From an uncultured Acidobacteriota bacterium (GTDB lineage Bacteria > Acidobacteriota > Thermoanaerobaculia > UBA5066 > Gp7-AA6): a DNA stretch of 64,000 nucleotides. Location: NCBI GenBank assembly GCA_963764715.1, contig CAVXTP010000014.1:1-64000 (forward strand), in the 5' to 3' direction. The notes beneath the pieces are model-generated. The model had not been told where the DNA came from, searched no databases, and saw only the letters and a program-made list of their open reading frames with translations. Both the position numbers and the translations under genes were made by a program. Shown here piece by piece: positions 1 to 9,672 of the stretch. Position 1 is the stretch's first letter. Every line of letters begins with the position of its first letter.

Positions 1-1825
<1,825 letters not shown>

Positions 1826-1843
1826 GGGGAGGGGAGATTCTAT

Positions 1844-1903
1844 AGGCAGGAGGCGGGAGGAAGGAGGCAGTAAGCAGTAAGCAGTGCGGCTACTGCCCGC
1901 TGA
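1844..1903. repeat. Degenerate heptamer tandem array between divergent uvrA and marC
   Basis: AGGCAGG AGGCGGG AGGAAGG AGGCAGT AAGCAGT AAGCAGT, then a short inverted portion CTACTGC CCGCTGA. Confidence 0.7.
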
Positions 1904-1928
1904 TTCCACAACACATTAGTATTCCCGG

Positions 1929-2564
1929 ATGTTTTCCTCGGCCGACGCCAAGTTCGTCGTGCTCGCTTTCTCGTCGCTCTTCTCGGTCATCAACCCGATC
2001 GAGGCCGCGCCGATCTTCGTCGCGATGACGGCCGGGATGCCGGGCGAGCGCCGGCGGATGGCGTTCCGCGCCTCCTTCGCGGCGGCGCTGATCCTCGCGA
2101 TCTTCGCCGCGACGGGCGGCGCGATCTTCTCGGCGTTCGGAATCACGCTCCCGGCGTTCCAGATCGCCGGCGGCATCCTCTTCACGATCATGGGGCTCTC
2201 GACGCTCCAGAGCGACGACCGGCACGACCGCACCCCCGTGGTCGTCACGCGCGATCCTTCGATCGTCCCGATCGGCATGCCGCTGATCGCCGGGCCGGGC
2301 GCCATCTCGACGGTGATGGTCCTCGTGGGCCAGGCGCGTGACGGAGGTCACAGGGCGGCGATGGCGATCGCCATCGCGGCGAACATCCTCCTGACGCTGA
2401 TCGTCCTGCTCGCCGCGCCCGCGATCGTCAGCCGCATCGGCGAGACGGGCCAGCGCATCATCTCCAAAATCATGGGGTTGATCACCGCCGTCATCGGCGT
2501 GCAGTTCGTCCTCAATGGGGTCGAGACGGTCGCGCTGGCGATCCTCAAGGCCGCCCGCGCCTGA
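1929..2564 (+). CDS. MarC family membrane protein
   Basis: SLFSVINPI, FGITLPAFQIAGGILF, PIGMPLIAGPGAIST and KIMGLI motifs; about 6 TM segments. Confidence 0.9.
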   Translation: MFSSADAKFVVLAFSSLFSVINPIEAAPIFVAMTAGMPGERRRMAFRASFAAALILAIFAATGGAIFSAFGITLPAFQIAGGILFTIMGLSTLQSDDRHDRTPVVVTRDPSIVPIGMPLIAGPGAISTVMVLVGQARDGGHRAAMAIAIAANILLTLIVLLAAPAIVSRIGETGQRIISKIMGLITAVIGVQFVLNGVETVALAILKAARA

Positions 2565-2662
2565 AATCGTCCTCCGGCGGTACCTGTCCTTCCGGACCGG
2601 CCCGGTGCGGAAAGGGACAGGAGACGTAAAGCCCTGACCCCGCTATCATTACCGGACACACA

Positions 2663-5527
2663 ATGAGCGTGCCGGTTCGGGCTCTCGTGGTGGACGAATC
2701 TGCGTCCAACGCGGGGCTCCTCTTCGAGGAGCTGCGCCGCGGAGGCTTTGACCCGGACATTCACCGCGTCGCCAGCCGCGAGGAGCTCGAGGAGGCGCTG
2801 TCCTCCGGCGCCTGGGACGTCGTGCTCTCGGACATCGCCGCGAGCTCGCTCGAGGCCTTCGACGCCCTGTCGCTCCTCAAGGAGCGCGACATCGACGTCC
2901 CGTTCCTGATCGTGTCCGAGACGCTCGGCGAGGAGACGGCGATCCGCGCGATGAAGGCCGGCGCGCAGAACTGCATTCCCCGCGCGAGCCTCGTGCGGCT
3001 CTGCCCGATCCTCGAGCGCGAGCTCCGCGAGGCCCAGATCCGGCGCGAGCGGCGCCAGGCGCAGAAGGCGCTGACCGAGAGCGAGCTGCGCTTCCGCACG
3101 CTCGCCGAGTCGGCGCCGGACGCGATCCTCACGGTCGACTCCGCCGGCGCCCTGCTCTTCGCCAACCGCGCCGCCGAGACGCTCTTCGGCTTCCCCGTCG
3201 CGGCGCTGATCGGCCAGCCGGTCACGTCGTTGCTGCCGGACTACCGTCCCCACCGGCCCCGGACCGGCGAGAACGGCCTGCCCGAGCGCTTCGGCGCCGC
3301 CGGCCGCCACGCCGACGGGCGCACGCTGCCCCTCGAGCTGAGCTACGGGGAGCTCGTGCGGGACGGCCGCCGCCTGACGACGGTCTTCGTCCGCGACCTC
3401 GCCGAGCGCGCGCGGGCCGAGGAGGCGCTGCGGAGCTCGGAGGACCGCTTCCGGCGCGCGGCCCTCATGTCGAGCGACCTGATCCACGAGTACGAGCCCG
3501 GGCGCGGCGCCATGGCCTGGTTCGGCGACGTGGACCGCATCCTCGGTTACGAGCGGAACGAGTTCCCGCGGACGGTCGAGGCCTGGCAGAAGGCCATTCA
3601 CCCCGAGGACCAGCCGCGCGTCCTGGACGCGCTCGGCCGGCACCGGGAGTCGGGCGAGCCGTTCTTCGAAGAGTACCGGGTCCTGCGGCGCGACGGCTCC
3701 GTGCTCCACTGGCACCACTCCGGCACGCTCGTGCCGGCCGCCGGCAGCCAGCCGGCGCTCTGCATCGGCACGGTCACCGACGTCAGCGGGCGCCGGCAGA
3801 TCGAAGAGGCCCTGCGGCTCTCGGAGAAGCGGTACCGCACCCTCTTCGAGAGAAACCTCGCCGGCGTCTACCGCTCGACGCTCGAGGGACGCATCCTCGA
3901 CTGCAACGAGTCCTTCGCCCGGATCTTCGGCTACGCCTCGCGCGAGGAGGTCCTGCAGCAGGCCGCCTGGGACTTCTACCTGAAGCCGGAGGACCGGCAG
4001 GCCGCGCTCGCGAAGCTCCTCGAGCGGCAGAGCCTGACGAACTACGAGCTCTGCCTCAAGCGCAAGGACGGGAGCCACGTCTGGGTCCTCGAGAGCGAGA
4101 ACCTGATCGAGGGGCCGGACGGCCGGCTCTCGGTCATCGAAGGCACGACGATCGACATCACCGAGAGAAAGCGCGCCGAGGAGCAGGTCAAGCACCTCGC
4201 CTTCCACGATCCGCTCACGAACCTGCCGAACCGGCTGCTCTTCAACGACCGGCTGACGCTGGCGGTCGCCCAGGCCCACCGGCACAACCAGCGGCTCGCC
4301 GTCCTGTTCCTCGACCTCGACCGCTTCAAGGTCATCAACGACTCGCTCGGCCACTCGGTCGGCGACGAGCTGCTGCGCCAGGTCGCCGAGCGGATCCAGG
4401 AGCACGTCCGCGAGGGCGACACGGTGGCGCGGCTGGGCGGGGACGAGTTCATCCTGCTGGTGCCGGGCATCAACGCCGAAGAGGACGCCGCCAAGATCGC
4501 GAAGAAGGTCTGCGACGCCATCCACGATCCGTTCTGGATCGACGGCCGCGAGCTCTTCGTGACGACGAGCGTCGGCGTCGCCGTCTACCCGTCCGACGGG
4601 CACGACGCCGAGACCCTCGTCCGCAACGCCGACTCGGCGATGTACCGGGCCAAGGAGCAGGGCCGCGACAACTACCAGCTCTACACGCCGGCCATGAACG
4701 CCAAGGCCATCGAGCGGCTGTCCCTCGAGAGCCGCCTGCGCCAGGCCGTCGCCAACGACGAGCTCGAGCTCCACTTCCAGCCGTTCATCGACCTCAACAC
4801 CGCCGAGGTCCTCGGGGCCGAGGCCCTCCTGCGCTGGCGGCACCCCGAGCTCGGGATGATCGCGCCGGGCGAGTTCATCCCGATCGCGGAGCTGTCGGGG
4901 CTCATCGTCCCGATCGGCGAGTGGGTCCTCCGGACGGCCTGCGCCGAGGCCCGCAAGTGGCACGAGAAGGGGTTTCCGAAGCTCACGGTCTCGGTCAACC
5001 TCTCCTCGCGGCAGTTCCAGCAGACCGACCTCGTCCGCCAAGTGACCGACGCGCTCGCCGAGACGGGCCTCGACGCCGACAAGCTCGACCTCGAGATCAC
5101 CGAATCCAACGCGATGCAGAACGCGGAGCACTCGATCAACACGCTCTGGGGACTCAAGAAGCAGGGCGTGCGGATCTCCATGGACGACTTCGGCACCGGG
5201 TACTCGTCGCTGAACTATCTCAAGCGCTTCCCCATCGACCGCATCAAGCTCGACCAGTCCTTCGTGCGGGACCTGCCGGGCGACAAGGACGACGCGGCCA
5301 TCGCGATGGCCGTCATCGCGATGGGCCGCAGCCTCGAGCTCGTCGTCATCGCCGAGGGCGTCGAGACCGAGGAGCAGCTGCGCTTCCTCAAGGATCGCGA
5401 CTGCGACCAGCTCCAGGGGTTCCTGTTCTCCCGTCCCCTGCCGGCGGAGGCCTTCCAGAGCTTCCTCGCCGAGTCGCTCGCGCCGAAGGCCGAGCAGGAA
5501 CGCTCGCGCTTCGCCCGGACCCACTGA
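2663..5527 (+). CDS. REC-PAS-PAS-PAS-GGDEF-EAL diguanylate cyclase/phosphodiesterase
   Basis: N-terminal receiver (DVVLSD); three PAS repeats; HDPLTNLPNR, ARLGGDEF, AEALLRW, DDFGTGYSS, IKLDQSF and AEGVETEEQ all intact. Confidence 0.95.
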   Translation: MSVPVRALVVDESASNAGLLFEELRRGGFDPDIHRVASREELEEALSSGAWDVVLSDIAASSLEAFDALSLLKERDIDVPFLIVSETLGEETAIRAMKAGAQNCIPRASLVRLCPILERELREAQIRRERRQAQKALTESELRFRTLAESAPDAILTVDSAGALLFANRAAETLFGFPVAALIGQPVTSLLPDYRPHRPRTGENGLPERFGAAGRHADGRTLPLELSYGELVRDGRRLTTVFVRDLAERARAEEALRSSEDRFRRAALMSSDLIHEYEPGRGAMAWFGDVDRILGYERNEFPRTVEAWQKAIHPEDQPRVLDALGRHRESGEPFFEEYRVLRRDGSVLHWHHSGTLVPAAGSQPALCIGTVTDVSGRRQIEEALRLSEKRYRTLFERNLAGVYRSTLEGRILDCNESFARIFGYASREEVLQQAAWDFYLKPEDRQAALAKLLERQSLTNYELCLKRKDGSHVWVLESENLIEGPDGRLSVIEGTTIDITERKRAEEQVKHLAFHDPLTNLPNRLLFNDRLTLAVAQAHRHNQRLAVLFLDLDRFKVINDSLGHSVGDELLRQVAERIQEHVREGDTVARLGGDEFILLVPGINAEEDAAKIAKKVCDAIHDPFWIDGRELFVTTSVGVAVYPSDGHDAETLVRNADSAMYRAKEQGRDNYQLYTPAMNAKAIERLSLESRLRQAVANDELELHFQPFIDLNTAEVLGAEALLRWRHPELGMIAPGEFIPIAELSGLIVPIGEWVLRTACAEARKWHEKGFPKLTVSVNLSSRQFQQTDLVRQVTDALAETGLDADKLDLEITESNAMQNAEHSINTLWGLKKQGVRISMDDFGTGYSSLNYLKRFPIDRIKLDQSFVRDLPGDKDDAAIAMAVIAMGRSLELVVIAEGVETEEQLRFLKDRDCDQLQGFLFSRPLPAEAFQSFLAESLAPKAEQERSRFARTH

Positions 5528-5613
5528 CGAAGCGGCTCATTCGGCGCGTTTTCCCCACTCGCGCGGGCCGCCCGGCTGGACCGAAGCCCGAAATCGGATA
5601 CGATCCGGCGCTT

Positions 5614-6537
5614 ATGAGCACCGCCGCATCCGGGTCCCCGGCCGCCGCGCCGAACCGCTTCAAGTCGATCTTCACGTCCGCCCGGCCGAAGGAGCGGGAA
5701 GACAACTTCGAGTCCTACTGGACCTACACCCAGCGCCACGACGGCGAGATCATCGAAGAGAGCAAGGACCTGACCCGGAAGAAGGAGATCCTGGCCGCCT
5801 TCCATGCCAATCCCGTCCGGTCGCGCAAGCCCCTGCCGGATCCCGAGCGCTTCTACCGGAATTACGTCAAGCTGCAGGAGGATCCCTCGACCTTCGACCG
5901 CAAGACCCTGCTGCTGACCTTCCTCTACAAGTTCGCCCGCCACGAGTGGGCCGGGATCTCCTGCGCCTGGGACGCGACCCCCTCGATCAAGTACGCCGTG
6001 CGGACCACGCAGCGCATCAGCCGCTACCACCTCTGCGAGGAGTTCAGCCACGTCCGGCTCTTCCACGAGATGTTCCGGACGTTCCACCTCGACCGCGTCG
6101 AATGGGTGCCGCCGGGCGACGGCATGCGGCGGATGTACGCCGTCTTCTCGCGCTTCCCCGGTGTCCTCATGAACCCCCCGGCGTTCGTCAGCGAGCTCAT
6201 GGGCCTGACCCTGTACCTCCACATCGACACCGTCATCGACGACATCATGGGCGACGAGCCCGAGGCCCGCGACCGGGTGCGGGCGCTGCTGCGCGAGATC
6301 ATGACGGACGAGATGGCGCACGTCGGCCAGCGGCGCAACTTCATCGGCCGGGCCGGCATCCGCGTCGCCCGGGCCATGGTCGGGCCGATGTTCCGCGCCT
6401 TCTACCGGGACCTGCCCGAGGCCAAGTACCTCTTCGACATCGGGCAGATGGTCAAGGAGGCCCGGGCCTTCCGCTACACGACGATGCCGGAGGACGTCAT
6501 CGCGCGGAGCTGGGTGCCGTCCTACTGCCGGGCCTGA
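5614..6537 (+). CDS. Ferritin-like diiron-carboxylate domain protein
   Basis: ATG 5614 in frame with ORF 4921..6537; ligand pattern RHEW ... EEFSH ... SELMG ... DEMAH (E/ExxH twice). Confidence 0.7.
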   Translation: MSTAASGSPAAAPNRFKSIFTSARPKEREDNFESYWTYTQRHDGEIIEESKDLTRKKEILAAFHANPVRSRKPLPDPERFYRNYVKLQEDPSTFDRKTLLLTFLYKFARHEWAGISCAWDATPSIKYAVRTTQRISRYHLCEEFSHVRLFHEMFRTFHLDRVEWVPPGDGMRRMYAVFSRFPGVLMNPPAFVSELMGLTLYLHIDTVIDDIMGDEPEARDRVRALLREIMTDEMAHVGQRRNFIGRAGIRVARAMVGPMFRAFYRDLPEAKYLFDIGQMVKEARAFRYTTMPEDVIARSWVPSYCRA

Positions 6538-6539
6538 GA

Positions 6540-6632
6540 GGGGTCAGGCCTTGGTGAGGTTTTGTCGGGCAGGCGGGAATTCCCCGCCGGCAACGCCGGA
6601 GAAACTCAACCCCCATTTCGAGGCCTGACCCC
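6540..6632. repeat. Long inverted-repeat (REP/REPIN-like) element between convergent genes
   Basis: GGGGTCAGGCCT (6540-6551) pairs with AGGCCTGACCCC (6621-6632); inner hairpin GGCGGG-AATTC-CCCGCC. Confidence 0.65.
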
Positions 6633-7091
6633 GAGCCGCCGGGTCATCCTCAGGCCGTCGAAGCCCGCCCCGTAGTAATCGCGCAGCGTCCGGACCGCGC
6701 GAAATCCCATCCGCTCGTAGAACCGGATGGCGCCCTCGTTGCGCTTGTCGACCTCGAGGCGCACCTCGCGGGCGCCCGCCGCGGCCATCCGGGCCTTGAG
6801 CTCCGAGAGGAGCCGCTGGCCGAGCCCGTGGCGGCGGTGGGAGGCCTCGATGTCGATCGTCACCACGTGGCCCCGCGACCCGGCGACGTGGCCGATCGCG
6901 AAGGCCGCGAGGCGGCCGTCCTCCGCGTCGGCGGCGAGCGCGATCGCGCCGTCCCGGGTCAGGAAGTCGCGGATCTGGCCGCGCGTGTAGGCGATGCCAT
7001 CCTCGAAGCAGGTCTGGTCGAGGCGGTAGGCCTCTTCGAGATCGGCCGGACACAGGTCGCGGAGCGCCTCGGTCGCCGGGCCCGCGCTCAC
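6606..7091 (-). CDS. GNAT N-acetyltransferase, RimI-like
   Basis: GTG 7091 overlaps the smpB stop (GTGA); HVVTIDI, HRRHGLG, LEVDKRNEGAIRFYERMGF and RDYY motifs. Confidence 0.85.
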   Translation of the reverse strand: MSAGPATEALRDLCPADLEEAYRLDQTCFEDGIAYTRGQIRDFLTRDGAIALAADAEDGRLAAFAIGHVAGSRGHVVTIDIEASHRRHGLGQRLLSELKARMAAAGAREVRLEVDKRNEGAIRFYERMGFRAVRTLRDYYGAGFDGLRMTRRLGVRPRNGG

Positions 7092-7570
7092 GACCGCTGC
7101 CTCATTTCCCGGTCGGCCTCCCGTTTGACCTCGCGGTCGCGGATTGCGTCGCGCTTGTCGTGGAGCTTCTTGCCCTTGACGAGCGCGATCTCGGCCTTGG
7201 CGTGCGAGCCCTTGAAATAGAGCGACAGGGGCACGCAGGTGACGCCGCGGGTCGCGACCGCGCTCGCCCACCGGTCGAGCTCCCGCCGGTGGAGGAGGAT
7301 CTTCCGGTCCCGCTCGGGCAGGTGGTTCGTCCAGGATCCCGCGCCGTAGGGCGAGATGTGGGCGCCGACCAGATAGGCCTCCCCGTCGCGGAACTGGACG
7401 TAGGAGTCCTTGAGCTGGGCCCGGCCCCCCCGGAGCGACTTGACCTCGGTGCCGGTCAGGACGAGCCCGACCTCGATGCGGTCCTCGATGAAGTACTCGT
7501 GAAACGCCTTCCGATTCGAAGCGATCGGTTTGACGGTCTGGGCCTTGGGTCGGGCGTTCTGGGGCTTCAT
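7088..7570 (-). CDS. smpB: SsrA-binding protein SmpB
   Basis: IASNRKAFHEYFI, GLVLTGTEVKSLR and KGKKLHDKRD. Confidence 0.98.
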   Translation of the reverse strand: MKPQNARPKAQTVKPIASNRKAFHEYFIEDRIEVGLVLTGTEVKSLRGGRAQLKDSYVQFRDGEAYLVGAHISPYGAGSWTNHLPERDRKILLHRRELDRWASAVATRGVTCVPLSLYFKGSHAKAEIALVKGKKLHDKRDAIRDREVKREADREMRQRS

Positions 7571-7743
7571 GGCGCGGTCCGGCCGGGCAGTCTAACCCGG
7601 CCTCCCCGGGAGGCCCCGCGAGCTCCCGCAAGGACACGTTGTCCATCGACCGACGATGCTCGAATTGCTCCGTTTTGGGAGCGGGTGTGCTAAGCTTTTC
7701 AAGAATAAAGGGATACCGCAGTAAGCCCGCTTCGGCCAGAAAA

Positions 7744-7760
7744 TTGGCATTAATACTGCG
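7744..7760 (+). promoter_or_regulatory. Candidate sigma54 (-24/-12) promoter of lpxC
   Basis: TTGGCATTAATACTGCG gives GG-N10-GC, ending about 27 nt upstream of the lpxC ATG in an AT-rich patch. Confidence 0.5.
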
Positions 7761-7786
7761 AGGGTTCGGGTTCCGTAGACAGAGGC

Positions 7787-8677
7787 ATGCGCCAGCAGAC
7801 AACACTGAAGACGACGGTCTCCATTGACGGCGTCGGCCTCCATTCCGGCCATCCCGTGCGGGCTCATTTCCACCCGGCGCCGGCCCACCATGGCCTGGTT
7901 TTCGTTCGCCGGGAGCACCCGAACTGCCCCATCCCCGCCCGGCTCGAAGCGGCCTCGAGCTTCGACCTGGCGACCACCCTCAAGATGGGGGAGGTCTCGA
8001 TCGGCACCGTCGAGCACGTCCTCTCGGCGGCCGCCGGGGTCGGCCTCGACAACTGCCTGATCGAGATCGAGGGCCCCGAGGTCCCGATCCTGGACGGCTC
8101 GGCGCTCCCCTTCGTCCGGCTCTTTCACGCCGCTGGGTTCGAGCGCCAGGATGCCTTCGCCCGGCCGCTGACCCTGTCGCGTTCCGTCGAGGTGATCCGC
8201 GAGGACCGCCGCGTCGAGTACATCCCGGACGGTCCGGGCCTCACCATCACCTACGAGATCGACTTTCCCCACCCCATCGTCGGCCGCCAGGAGCTGACCT
8301 TCACCCTCCGCCCCGAAGAGTTCGCGTCGCGCATCGCTCCGGCCCGGACGTTCGGGTTCGCCCGGGAAGTCGAGGCCATGCGCTCCCGGGGACTCGCGCG
8401 GGGAGGCTCGCTCCACAACGCGGTCGTCCTGGACGACAAGGGGATCATCTCCGGCCCGCTGCGGTTCCGCGACGAGTTCGTCCGCCACAAGGTCATGGAC
8501 CTGATCGGCGACCTCGCGCTGCTCGGCCGTCCCCTCGAAGGCCGGATCCATGCCCGCAAGGCCGGCCACGCCCTGCACATCGAGTTCGCCCGCGCCCTGA
8601 ACGCGGCGCTGACGAGCCCGCAGGTCGATTCGGCGGACGAAGAAGTCTCGCGGCGGGCCGTCAGCGGCGAGCCGTAG
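7787..8677 (+). CDS. lpxC: UDP-3-O-acyl-N-acetylglucosamine deacetylase
   Basis: GVGLHSG, TVEHVLSA, EVPILDGS, APARTFGF, HKVMDLIGDL and KAGHALH. Confidence 0.97.
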   Translation: MRQQTTLKTTVSIDGVGLHSGHPVRAHFHPAPAHHGLVFVRREHPNCPIPARLEAASSFDLATTLKMGEVSIGTVEHVLSAAAGVGLDNCLIEIEGPEVPILDGSALPFVRLFHAAGFERQDAFARPLTLSRSVEVIREDRRVEYIPDGPGLTITYEIDFPHPIVGRQELTFTLRPEEFASRIAPARTFGFAREVEAMRSRGLARGGSLHNAVVLDDKGIISGPLRFRDEFVRHKVMDLIGDLALLGRPLEGRIHARKAGHALHIEFARALNAALTSPQVDSADEEVSRRAVSGEP

Positions 8678-8684
8678 GACCCGC

Positions 8685-9584
8685 TCACTCCCCGAGCAGC
8701 TTCGTCTCGAGCACCTGGTCGGCCGAGAACCCTTCCAGCCGGAGATAATGCTCGGCGGCGGCGTAGAGCGCCTCGGCCGGCGTGAGCCCCACGATCTCGG
8801 ACCCGACGATCGCGACGCCGTGCCGCTCGGCCTCGGAGCGCACGCACTCGAAGACCCGGTGGAGCGGTGTCTTCTTGAAGTTCGTCATGTTGATCGAGAC
8901 CTGGACGATCCCCCGGTCCGCGAGCTCGACTCCCATCGCCTTGACGTAGCGGAAACCTCCCGAGAGGTGGCGGATCGCCTTCGCGATTCGATCGGCCACG
9001 GCGAGCTCCCGGGTCGCGAGGTTGATGTTGTAGGCGATCAGAAACGCGCGGGCGCCGACCGCCACGACGCCCGCCGAAGGATGGGGCTGGCCCGGGCCGA
9101 AGTCCGGCTTCCACCGGGCGTCCTTCATTTTCTGGGCGAACCCCTCGAACTGGCCCTTGCGCACCTCGGCGAGGTTGCGCCGGCCCTCGGCCGTGGCGGA
9201 CTCCTCGTAGAGGTAGACCGGGACGCCGAACCGCTCTGCGATCTCGGCGCCGGCCTCCCGCGAGAGCGCCACGCAGTCCTCCATCGAGGCGCCCCGGATC
9301 GGGATGAAGGGAACGACGTCGACGGCTCCCATCCGCGGATGCTCGCCCTGGTGCCGGCGAAGATCGATGCGCGCGATCGCCGCCTCGAACAGGGCCGCGA
9401 CGGCCCGCCGCACCGCCGCGGCGTCCCCGACGAAGGTCAGGACGCTGCGATTGTGCGAAGCGTCGGACGAGACGTCGAGCAGCCGAACGCCGGCGACGCC
9501 CCGCACCGCCGCCGCGATGGCGTCGATCGAGGCCGGGTCCCGCCCCTCGGAGATGTTCGGAACGCACTCGATGATCGTCGGCAT
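8685..9584 (-). CDS. ftcD: Glutamate formiminotransferase (stand-alone FT domain)
   Basis: IIECVPNISEGR, DASHNRSVLT, HQGEHPRMGAVDVVPF and GARAFLIAYN; no cyclodeaminase domain. Confidence 0.95.
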   Translation of the reverse strand: MPTIIECVPNISEGRDPASIDAIAAAVRGVAGVRLLDVSSDASHNRSVLTFVGDAAAVRRAVAALFEAAIARIDLRRHQGEHPRMGAVDVVPFIPIRGASMEDCVALSREAGAEIAERFGVPVYLYEESATAEGRRNLAEVRKGQFEGFAQKMKDARWKPDFGPGQPHPSAGVVAVGARAFLIAYNINLATRELAVADRIAKAIRHLSGGFRYVKAMGVELADRGIVQVSINMTNFKKTPLHRVFECVRSEAERHGVAIVGSEIVGLTPAEALYAAAEHYLRLEGFSADQVLETKLLGE

Positions 9585-9672
9585 GCCCCAAGTTCCTGAC
9601 TGGGCAGTTTATAATCACCGGCAACGTGAACACGAACAGCGGTCTCTCCACGGCAGCCCGGCGGCGGCCCCG

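Noticed and set aside
6538-7786. tmRNA (ssrA) or SRP RNA near smpB
   Set aside because: No tRNA-like ends, tag ORF or SRP core motif found; the spacers are too short for tmRNA.
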